DNA of 64,000 nt, taken from Lepidodermella squamata (lineage: Eukaryota > Animalia > Gastrotricha). Below the pieces are notes generated by a model, which ran no database searches, was not told the origin of the DNA, and saw only the letters and a program-made list of their open reading frames with translations. The stretch's first letter is position 1. Each line of letters starts with the position of its first letter. The position numbers and the translations under genes were made by a program. Below are positions 13,333 to 23,725 of this stretch, one piece after another. The DNA lies in the NCBI GenBank assembly GCA_047495785.1, contig JBLDXI010000029.1, positions 2,356,001-2,420,000 on the forward strand. Reading direction: 5' to 3'.

Positions 13333-15092
13333 ATGGCAACTAAAACGCTTCCTTTCAACAAATTTCCGGCTATCAATCAAGCCGATGTCGTCATACGCGC
13401 TCTGACTAATCTTTTCGATAGCTCAGCCAACAGCGATGTCATTTTTCTGCTCGACGATGGCACCCGCATCCGAGCTCATAGAACGATATTAGCTGCGAGG
13501 CTGCCGGTATTCGATCGGATGCTGGCTCCACAGAATTTTCGCGAGGGAACTCTTGGTCAGGTTAAGCTGCCGGGTAAACGGTCGGTTGTCGTGAAAAACG
13601 TCTTGCGATACCTGTACACTGGTGAAATGGCGGTTAACGACTTTGACCTCGATGTGATGCTGGAAATCTATCAAATGGCTCATGAGTATGATATTCAGTC
13701 GCTCTTGAGTAAAGTTGAGGAGTTTCTGGAGGTTAGATTTGAATCCTATCAAATTCGTGATGAAAATACAAAATTAGCTAATTAAATCGAAAAATTGAAT
13801 GCATTTTTTTAATTCACTCCCTGAGCCACAGTAATTTTAGTTTTTCTTTGAAGGTCATTTTTCGATAAAGCTATGTTTTTTGAAGATGTAAAAATTCAGA
13901 AATGAACGATATTTCATACAAATACTTGTGTAAGGTTGGGCCTGATTTTTCTGCAGCAGATGTTTGCAATTTGACAAATTTTACCATATTTTTGAAGATC
14001 TACACAATTTTAGCGGCTTATTTTTCAGGAAGTTATCGATCAAGCTACAGTTTGGTCGATTTTTGACGTTGCCCATTTGCTCAACCGTAGCGATTTGCTT
14101 GGGGCGTGTCGAGATTTCATGGCAGCAAGCGCTAGCGATATCATCGAATCGCCCGATATTGTTCACGTGTCGAAAGAAGCTCTCATCGACATGATCAGCA
14201 ACGACGAATTCAGCGTGCCTGAAATCGACATTTTGTTCGCCGTACAAAAGTGGCAAGAAGCGAACAATCACCCTGATATTCAAAGCGTTTTACAGAAAGT
14301 TCGCTACGGGTTGGCTGAAATGGACGGGCTGAATATAATTCAAGTGGCGCCTCTCTACGCATTCTTGACCGCCAATGGTGTTGACCTTAGATCTCTCGGA
14401 CAAAAGAAAGATTCCGAAAGGGTAGTCAGCGGCAGAAGATGCAAGGCCTTGTCATCTAAAGGTGAATTTTCCGACATTTTTCAATTTTCATGGTTAAAAT
14501 TTCAATTATATATTCGTAAAAAGCTGCGCTCGGCAATGGCACCCAAGTTATTGGCATTGATGGAAAAATTGTATTCGAAAAAATTGATCTCTTGCGAATT
14601 ACGTATCCAGCTTCTGTGAATGATGGACAAGCAATAGTCGTTACCCTGCCCAAAGCTTATGCAGTCTCGTCGATATCATTTTGGTTGTACGGCGCGAATG
14701 GTTACGCTTGCAATAGCGTGAATGTAGAAGTTTCAACCAATCGCGAAGCTGAATGGCAGCAGTTGACCAAAATTAATCCTACTCGGGGCTCCTCTCACGG
14801 CCAAAGTTATTCCGGCCATTATGTTTTTCTCTTCAAAAGGCGCCGTGTCCGCAGTAGTAAGTTTCACTTGAAGTTCTCATTTCCAGTGGAATCTGCTTTC
14901 CAAATTTCAGTCAGGATTACTGCATCTCAGAATACGTATCGCGCCTTCTGTGTCAGAGATTTCCAGTGTCCATCGGTGGATTACGAAGCGAAATGCTTAC
15001 CGGAATATTGCGCTCGATTTCGGAACGGTGAAACCGTACTCTATCAGGTCTACAGCGACGGCAGCATCCTTGAGAAAACCTACTACGATTGA
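13333..15092 (+). CDS. BTBD9-like protein, copy 4
   Basis: SDVIFLLDDGTRIRAHRTILAARLPVF BTB; exon 1 ends 13731, exon 2 14029-14461; discoidin-like exons end GETVLYQVYSDGSILEKTYYD*. Confidence 0.88.
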
Positions 15093-15339
15093 CATGCTTC
15101 TTCCTCATTCATTCTTCTTGCAACATGCAAAATGACTCATTTCTCATTTGATTCGTATAATTTCATGTTCATTCGCAGAATTTGTGTTCTATCGAAAACT
15201 TCTAAAAATAAATGAACCTGACCATATGTGTGTCTGATTCGTTACACGACACAACGGTGACCTTAGGCGTTGATGAATAATCGCCTTTGGATAACTGTTC
15301 AAATTTCAAATTTAGGATGGGATTTCAATGCATTGCCGC

Positions 15340-15405
15340 AAGGTTTTTGCTGGCTCCACAAAGACTTCGCGAGGCAACTCTTGGCAAAGTTGAACTGTCG
15401 TGAAA
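15340..15405 (+). pseudogene. Small decayed fragment of BTB exon 1
   Basis: ttgctggctccacaaagacttcgcgaggcaactcttggcaaagttgaactg (LAPQRLREATLGKVEL) vs LAPQNFREGTLGQVKL in copies 4 and 5. Confidence 0.55.
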
Positions 15406-15969
15406 AGTCACGTTGTTGCGAGTCGTGATGTTGACTGAAATTTGATTTGAAAACCCAGCCAAAGCCGCATCAGAGCTAAAAATTCTCAAGACAAAATTGT
15501 CAATATCTTGTCAAATTAAATTAAATTTGTCAAAGTAAAATTGTCAAATACCAAAAGAGGTTTTTCCCTCTGGATCAAAGGGATGCTATGTTTATTTTTA
15601 AAATTTACGACGCGAAGTTTGAGAAATAAGGCCAAAACTAAGGCCGGAGCAATCAACCCATAAAACCTTCAGGTGACCTCAGCACTCGATGATATTTATG
15701 AAATCCTATATTGTAGTCAATTTTATTACACTGTAAAAAATCCAGGTTTTTAGCGGTTTTGAGAGCCCTAATCAATTTAATACGAGGGATTTATACGGGC
15801 TTTTCACAGCGTTTTCTGCGGTTCGGTTTCAGCCCACCGGTTCTGAATTGGTTTCAATCGCAGTTTTTTCGGGCTCATCAAAATGAGCCAAATTTGGCTT
15901 TTGGCTGTCGGACGGCTGCTGCACAAAGGCCGGCTTAGATGTCGAAATGTAGAGAAGGCCGGGTTTTAG

Positions 15970-17944
15970 ATGTCGACTGATAAAGGGTTTTTCAAAAATT
16001 GCCCAGCCATCCAGCATGCCGACGTCGTAATTTGTGCTCTCGCCAACCTCTTCGAGAGCGGTTCGAACAGCGATGTCGTTTTTCTACTCGACGATGGCAC
16101 CCACATCGGGGCTCATAGAACGATATTGGCAGCGAGGCTGCCGGTATTCGATCGGATGCTGGCTCCACAGAACTTTCGTGAGGGAACTCTTGGTCAGGTT
16201 AAGTTGCCGGGTAAACGATCGATTGTCGTGAAAAGCGCCTTGCGATACTTGTATACTGGTGAAATGACAGTCAACGACCTCGATGTGATGCTGGAAGTCT
16301 ATCAAATGGCTCATGAGTACGGCATTCAATCGCTGATGGAGCAAGTGGATGAATTTTTAGAAGTAAGTTCTCGAACTGTACATTTTCAGTTTGATTATGA
16401 TTAAAAAATCCTTCACTATAGAAAATAATTTTTTATCATGTCTAAGCGATACCTGTATCGCCATATTATCAAGCGAATTTTAGGGAGGGTATCTGTATCG
16501 ATCAGCAAATGAAAAAGTCGAATTCATAAAAAATCTGAAACATTTTAGCGCCCAAAAATCGGATGGGCAAATAGATTTTTATATTGCTTCTCTAGAATCA
16601 ACCGCTTGTTGATTTGTTTTTGTAGACGCATGGAATTTCCCTGGACCAAGCTATGACAACAAACTCAGATTTGATGAAATTAATAAAACTTATTATTTTT
16701 ATTATTTTTATTGGAAGTTGTCAATCAAGCTACAGTTTGGTCGATTTTCGATGTTGCCTTTTTACTGAACCGCAGCGATTTGCTTGAGTCCTGCCGAGAT
16801 TTTATGGCGTTGAACGCCAGGGATATCATCAAATCACCCGATATTGTTCGCGTGTCGAAAGAAGCTCTTGTAGACATGATCACTAATGAAGAATTCAGCG
16901 TGCCTGAAATCGACATTTTGTTCGCCGTGCATAAGTGGCAAGAAGCGAATAATCATCCTGATATTAAAAGTGTTTTACAAAAGATCCGCTACGGCTTGGC
17001 TAAAATCAACGGTCTGACGATAGTTCAAGTGGCGCCACTCTACTCATTCTTAGCTTCGAATGGCATCGATCTGAAATTGCTCGGGCAAGTTGTTCGAAAC
17101 GGCGAAGCAACTAAAAGAAAATCATCCAAAGGTAACTTTTACACAACTTGTCACGGACTAAGCGGGTTTATAAGTTAAAACTTTAATTCAGCTTCAATCC
17201 AGGATAATTTTAGATTATTGGTTCGGTTATTTCTGTTTTGTCAGCAAATTTTGACGATTTTAAGTATTAGCCTATATACCAAATTTTTGGTAATTTATAA
17301 CACGACTTGGTTTTTAATTGCTCCTATTTTATACACCACTACGAAGCGGCACTTAGTAATGGCACCAAGGTTACCGGTATTGATGCTAAAACATTATTCG
17401 AGAAAGTTGACAATTTCTCGGAATCGATTCCGAACGCCGTTAAAGATGGGGAATCAATAGTCGTCACATTGCCTAGAGCGTGCATGGTTTCGTCTATTTC
17501 ATTTTCGCTGTACGGAAGCCGTGGCCGAATTTGCTCAAGCCTCCAGGTGGATGTTTCCAAGGCAGCAAGCTCCGAATGGCAGCAATTGGTAGCACAAGGC
17601 TATGGTAGCTCTGGGGTATTTTATTCTACTAATCCTGGGTTGTACGGCCACCAGGTGATTTGTTTCAAACGCCGGCGTGTTCAAAAAAGTGAGTTGGCGT
17701 TTTTCCAATGCTTCAACATGAGATTGTTGCCCGAATTTTTTTAGTAAGAATAACATCAAATTCGAACGGCAGCGATTATTATTGCGTCAACGATTTTCAA
17801 TGCCCTTCGTCCGAATTCGAATCGAAATACCTGCCCCGATTTTCTGCTCGACGTCCGAAAGCTGAAGCCGTGCTCTACCACATTTATAACGGTAGCCTTC
17901 GAATGGAATTCGTCAGCGCTCCAAGTCCCACAATGAATGACTGA
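15970..17944 (+). CDS. BTBD9-like protein, copy 5 (reading frames intact but intron-1 acceptor reads TG; possible incipient pseudogene)
   Basis: Very close to copy 4 in exons 1-2; four exon blocks present; expected acceptor at 16712-16713 is TG, not AG. Confidence 0.75.
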
Positions 17945-18528
17945 TTTTATCATATGACGCTGAGTCCCTATGACTCTTCACTCCCATATTCAATCTGATG
18001 ACTGATAAGATCTATGGCCGCAATCGAAAGAAAAATATTTTGAAATTAATAAATCTGTACACTTATGAGTAAAATTGGCGACAATTTCCGGGCTATCGAG
18101 AATTATTTCGAGGCAATCATGTAGCCATTCGCGCCTTATTGGCTAATCTCTTGGACCTTCGATATTAGCTCAATTGAGGTGAAATCGGCAATCATGTTAA
18201 ACAGAACCACTCCTTGATTAACTGATAAACGGATAACTCGAAAGCAACTTCTACTATAACACCAATTGGCGGATCGGATTAAAGCGCGCGAAAAACTATG
18301 CGCGCAAACCAAACAAATTATGCGTTATTACCCCGTTGATAATAAATCAGCAAAAACAATCTGGTAATTATCGAGCGATCGCCGGTAATTTATCGCGCTG
18401 GCTTAACAATTAGTTACTCCACAAGTCCTTCGATAGCGAGAAATTGAAATACATTTTTGCAGTCACTTCATTCACGTTTCATTTTCGCTAATATTGCATC
18501 TTTCTTGCCGATATCGTCCGGTTATAGC

Positions 18529-20620
18529 ATGAAAAACGAGTCTCGGCTCTTCTACCACTTGCCGAACATAAGACACCATGACGTGGTGATAAATGGTCTA
18601 GCCAAGCTTTACGACAACGCGACATTCAGCAATGTCGTGTTCGTACTCGACGACGGCACGCGCGCCTACCAGCCCATCGGCTTATTCTCGCGTCGCAATT
18701 GCCGATATTCGAAAAAATGCTGTTTTCCCGGCATTTCAATAAAGAAGGGTACATGAGGGAAGTTAACTTGCCCGGCAAGCGATCTATTGTTGTCGAAAAA
18801 GTTCTGGCATATCTATACACTGGCGTTTTGAACGTGAGAGAGTTGGAGCTCGATGTGATGCTAGAAATCTACCGAATGGCACGCGACTACGACATAATCG
18901 CGTTGCTCGATCAAATCGAAGAATTCCTAGAGGTGAACTAAAAATTATTGAATTTAAATGCATTTTTAATTGCTATGAATATTTATATTTGAATTTAATT
19001 TTTTCGTTTCTTTAAAAGTTTAATTTTTTTTTAATTTCAATAAAAATTTCTATTTAATTTTTTAATTTTTAATTGATTTTTTTTAATTTTTAATTTTAAG
19101 AAAATTGTTTTTCAGTGTTTCCCATTTTTATATTCAAAGATTATTTTAATTAAAATTCGACGCATAAAATTTTTCCTGTTAGGATGTGATCAACTTCGAT
19201 ACAGTCTGGCCAATATTCGATACCGCTTACTTGCTAGGCCGTAGTAAATTGCTGGAGGCGTGCCGTGATTATATGACGTACAACGCTGAAAGCATAATTT
19301 CTTCACCCGATATCATCAACGTGTCAAAGGAAGCTCTCATCGACATGATCGGCAGCGATGAATTCTGCGTCCGTGAAACCGACATCCTATTCGCTGTTCG
19401 CAAGTGGCAAGAGGTCAATTGCCACCCTGATATTCTTCAAGTGTTTGAAAAAGTCCGTTTCGGTTTGGTCAAACTCGACGGGTTGACACTTTTGCAAGTA
19501 GCACCACTCTTTTTGTTCTTATGGTGTCGACTTGAAACTGCTGGTTGAAAACAGAAATTCTCAACGAGTTGAGGCTGCTAGGAAGAAGAAGCACATAACA
19601 GAATCGTTTGGTAGGTTTTCGATTTTCTTTTTATTACCGCAACTTTGAACTTGTTTTTCGGGGGTTAAAAATAAAAAAGGGTCCTCCTTATACCGGAACA
19701 AAATTTGCTGTAGCGGAACCAAACATGCCATTAAACGGAACCAAATTTTAAAATTTTTGGTGGGCCTAAAACCACTTTTCGGAACTTCAAGAATAAAAAA
19801 TTCTAAAAAGAAATTCTGAATAAAAAATCTCTAAAATTTGAACCAGAATTGTGATGAATTTTAAGAATTTTTATTTTTTCCACGGGTATTAGCGGAAAAA
19901 TCGCGCAAATAAAATCAAATCGTAGCGCGAAACAAAAAGGTCGCGCGAAAATATCTAAAATAACATTATGTCCAAAATCATCCTATTTTTGTATTCTTGA
20001 ATATTTTTTTCATGTTTAGCGGCGCTGGGAAATGGAACAAAGGTGACCGGCATGGACGAGAAATCGTTGTTTGAAAAGTATGTCAACCTTCAAGGCTACT
20101 CTCACAATAACGTCGCACCAAGTCTCCCCAAGTCCGTGAGTGACAGCAAATCGGTAATTATCACCCTGCCGAAGCGAAGTTTCGTCTCCTCAATTGCATT
20201 TTCGCTGCATGGCGCTCATGGTTACGGCTGTCCCAAGTATTCAGTTTGCGTTAGTTCGAGGGTTAACGGCAGTTGGTTACTGCTGGCTGAATTGCCGAAC
20301 GGCTCGAATACTTACAAGGAAAATTATCGCGATCAACAAGTTCTTTTCTTTCAGCGCCGCCGCATTCAAAGCAGTAAGTCTGTCTTTATTGCTGGAATTT
20401 TACTGCAAATTGAAATTATTAATCAATTTATTTTATTTTAGTACGGATAACGTCTTATTCAAGTACAAACGGTGACTACTGTGTCAAAGAATTCGCTTGT
20501 CCGGCGCCGAATATCGAGGCTGAGTATTTCAGCGAATATCAAACCAATTACCCACAAGGCGAGACAGTGGTCTATCAAATCGAAGGCGAACGTGTTCTTG
20601 ACAAACTGCAAGGATTATGA
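18529..20620 (+). pseudogene. BTBD9-like copy 6, frameshifted
   Basis: +2 frameshift in a cgcgcg run near 18663 (GTR/LPAHR split across ORFs 18457 and 18699); second frameshift near 19521 (FL/GVDLKLL out of frame); exons 3-4 remain open. Confidence 0.8.
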
Positions 20621-21231
20621 TTGGCTGATTGATTTTCAACGTTTGGACAATGTTTTTGTGTTCACAATCTTTTATCAGTTCTGAATAAAATTTCATAATA
20701 AAATTTTCAGCATCAATTTTTCAAGTTTTCTTCGAATTTTCCTCGTTGAATTCTATATCGAAAAAGTAAAGTTCGGGATTGTCGGCAGATTTGAAAATTA
20801 AATAAACCGCCAAGGTGCGTTAGAGTTTAATTTATTTTATGAATTGCACTTGAATTGCACTTTATTTTTTTCTGAAACATGTCTCTACTTCAAATGGTCA
20901 GAAGCTTTGATTCTGGCGACGTTAGATTCCGACGCAACCTTAGGAAATCATATAAATAGGTTCCGCTTTCTGAGGTTATTGTGTTTGGCAGTGACAATTG
21001 TTTTGAGGGGAAATTGGGGCTTAGGGACCGGGCTTAGGGATTTTCGGGCTTCTCATGAAATGGGAAACAAATTTTTGTCATGCTGATGAGGGGGCATTTT
21101 CTAATGAGCAAATGGAGCGAAATAACCCTCCACCCGTGCAAGTAATACAAGAGTATTTCTACAACGACAATGGTCTATTATTAATTATCGCCTGATGGAC
21201 AACGCCCATTGCGCGTTTCATAGACAACTCT

Positions 21232-21266
21232 CATAGATAAATAAATACTGTATTTATTTATCTATG
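21232..21266. mobile_element. 35-bp P-type excision footprint / mini-element inside the left TIR
   Basis: CATAGATAAATAAATAC-T-GTATTTATTTATCTATG (17+1+17 palindrome) flanked by direct repeat acaactct (21224-21231, 21267-21274); absent from the right TIR. Confidence 0.85.
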
Positions 21267-22114
21267 ACAACTCTATACAGATCGGAAACTAGCGATCTTC
21301 CTATAGTAAATAAATTCACACCAAAACGTGAAAAAGAACAAATTCTGATTCGCTCAAGGTTTATATCGTTGGATAGAGCAAAAATCGAATAAGATCATAG
21401 TATTTTTCTCGGAATTTTTCGGCTTAAAATGAAAAAGGGTGAGGTAAAATCTGCCGCCCGAAAGGGTAAAAGTTCGCCCCATTTGTGTCGCCCAAAAGTA
21501 AATAAAGTCGCCCTCATTGCGTGATCGCCGCACTAATCCACCTTAATCCGCCTCTTACGGCGAAAGGCCGCACCTGACTGATAAAATGTCGCCCCGTTAG
21601 AATAAGAAAAACGCAAATGTGATGATGATGCCTATTAGCCGCATCTCTATTCCTTTATTTGGTATCAATATTACATCGGCTGAACCGGTATATGAACCAA
21701 AATAACTACCATACATTAGGATATATGATTACCGCGGACGATAGCGATAGGAATATCGCGCGGACGATTTTTTGGGACAATTTGGCAATCTGAGCAGTAA
21801 AGCAATAGCCACTAATGCTTGAGCAGGGACATATTAGGACATTAGACACTTACCACTGGCCAGGTTTTGCTTGGACGTTTTGGGACGGATTTATGTTCAA
21901 GGCATGCTTATTACAGGCCGAACAAATTACGACGTGGAAGCGTTGGTTGCGTCTCTCTTCAAGCATTTTATTACCACTGAAAGTTCACACACCCGCTGCG
22001 CCCCTCGCATGCCTGTCGAAGGTGTTGCAAGCTCGCGGCGTTAAAGCGGCTTGCCGGGGATCAAGGGATTATCTGCTGCGTTCGAGTGTTTACACGCCGG
22101 ATAAGCTACGTGTG

Positions 22115-22172
22115 AAGGACTCGATGTCCGGTCACTAAAATAGGCAGCTTTGACCACTACGCGCACCATGCA
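22115..22172 (-). repeat. Possible tRNA-derived SINE head
   Basis: Minus strand gcatggtgcgcgtagtggtcaaagc (A-box-like) ... acatcgagtcc (degenerate B-box); no full cloverleaf. Confidence 0.25.
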
Positions 22173-22409
22173 GTTACTACCTGTAATAAATAGGAACTAA
22201 CTGTGCTGTTCAGTTTTGCTGTCAACAAGTTTGCGATATGGCTATTCAAGAGCTATTGCGAACACCTATTGCGAACAGCGATCGCTATTAGATCGCTCAA
22301 AGGTAGCGCTAACCTATAACGTGTAGTTTTATTAGGTAGACCGTGCGATGTATCGCCCATCGGGCTGCTATCCTCATCCGCAGGTCTTATTCGAACAGCT
22401 TAGGTATAT

Positions 22410-22654
22410 CAGTGCTCCGCAAACTTTTTTCACCATCAGCATTTTTGGCGGCCGGAAAGCCTATGCTCCAGCCACAATTTTGGCTGAAAATAGTGCAAAA
22501 CAGGCTGATTTTCGGGTTATGATCGTGCGAAACAAGGCATCCGGCCGCATTCCAGCAATCCTTTGAGAAAATTCTACCGGCCGCCAATAGGCCGCCATGA
22601 TCTGCCCAGCCGGCCGCACGTGGCCGGAAAAAAATCCGAGTTTGCGGAGCACTG
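22410..22654. mobile_element. hAT-like MITE nested in the Mutator-like element
   Basis: Perfect 16-bp TIR cagtgctccgcaaact / agtttgcggagcactg; internal GGCCG subterminal motifs; 8-bp flanks match only 5/8. Confidence 0.65.
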
Positions 22655-23431
22655 ATTTAAATAAAAAATTAGCTGCCCAAGTTGGATAAATGAAATTGGG
22701 CGGCGGTTTAACCTCATGGCGACTTTGTTTACTTTAGGGCGCACCTCTTCAAAACGAGGGCGCGCTATTATTAAATGAGGGCTGAGATTAAACGAGGGCG
22801 GACTTTTACCTTTTGGGGCGGCAGATTTTATTTTACCGAATGAAAAATTTTACCGTCCTGAAAGACTCTTGAAATGGCGATTTTTCGTAAAAGTGACCAA
22901 CTTTAAGAATATTTTAATAAAGTTAGAAGAAAACCGTCTCATGAGACGGGACTCATTCGATAGAGGAGCGCTTCTAGTATTCTGGTAAATTTGTTTGAAA
23001 TTTTTGGGAAATGAAAGATTTTCTCTGGGAATTTTAGAAAATAATTAAAAATCGGAAAAATTACTATGGGCGGATAGGGCGATGAGTGAATAAAAATGAA
23101 GATCGCGTGCCCACTTTTTCACGTTTTGGTGTGAATTTATTTACTATAGGAAGATCGCTAGTTTCCGATCTGTATAGAGTTGTCTATGGCGCGTTTATTC
23201 ATATCTAGCTAGTGTTATCGGCACTTTTTCTTGTGTTTGAGATAGAAACTAACTCAATTACACTTTCTTCGCAATTAACCATAAGTATTCATTTTGTGCG
23301 ACAGTTTTTCGAAAATGGTCGGAAGCATCAAGTTTGATGCCTGGAGGCCGCAATGGCCTGTGACAGCGCAAAAAATACCCAGCCGTTATTGCCGTTATAG
23401 CCAACGGCTAATACTAATACCTATTAGTAAT

Positions 23432-23575
23432 CCGATTCCGATGAACGAAGGCGATTTTTCGGTGGTTCTCGTACCTCGCACTAAGCAGCAGTCGTGATTT
23501 TAGCTTGCTGAAAATTTTCTATTGTTAACTCTATTGTAATGGCTATTTATCACTGGAATTCTGCTCTCTTGTAAC
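23432..23575 (+). repeat. Inverted duplicate of the last exon and 3'UTR of GH31 copy A (~26420-26555)
   Basis: Encodes IPMNEGDFSVVLVPRTKQQS* vs IPLSEGDFSVVLVPRTKQQS* on the minus strand at 26555-26491; UTR similarity continues downstream. Confidence 0.88.
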
Positions 23576-23725
23576 CACACATTTTTTAACGGATTATCGG
23601 GTAGATTCTTTGGCATTGTTCTTTTATTTCGGTGAACAGCTTATCCACATAGAACATGAACACGGACACCCGGAGTCAGTATTAGAAATCAGTTGCTTAT
23701 GGCATGAGATATGATCGTATAGGTG

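Larger units (their letters stand above)
21437..22838. mobile_element. Non-autonomous Mutator-like element nested in the P-like element
   Basis: 9-bp TSD aatgaaaaa (21428-21436, 22839-22847); imperfect TIRs ggtgaggtaaaatctgccgcccgaaagggtaaaagttcgccc / gggcggacttttaccttttggggcggcagattttattttacc. Confidence 0.8.
21219..23188. mobile_element. Non-autonomous P-element-like DNA transposon
   Basis: 75-bp TIRs beginning CATAGACAACTCT (right TIR 23114-23188); 8-bp TSD gcgcgttt at 21211-21218 and 23189-23196; empty site visible at 26141-26148. Confidence 0.9.
21001..23295. repeat. Inverted duplicate of the BTB copy-7 upstream region (26030-26359), split by the P-like insertion
   Basis: 21001-21218 and 23189-23295 are the near-identical reverse complement of ~26359-26140 and ~26148-26043. 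Confidence 0.9.

Noticed and set aside
21615-21685. Possible C/D snoRNA (TGATGA...CTGA)
   Set aside because: Inside a transposon, no terminal stem or recognisable guide; compatible with chance
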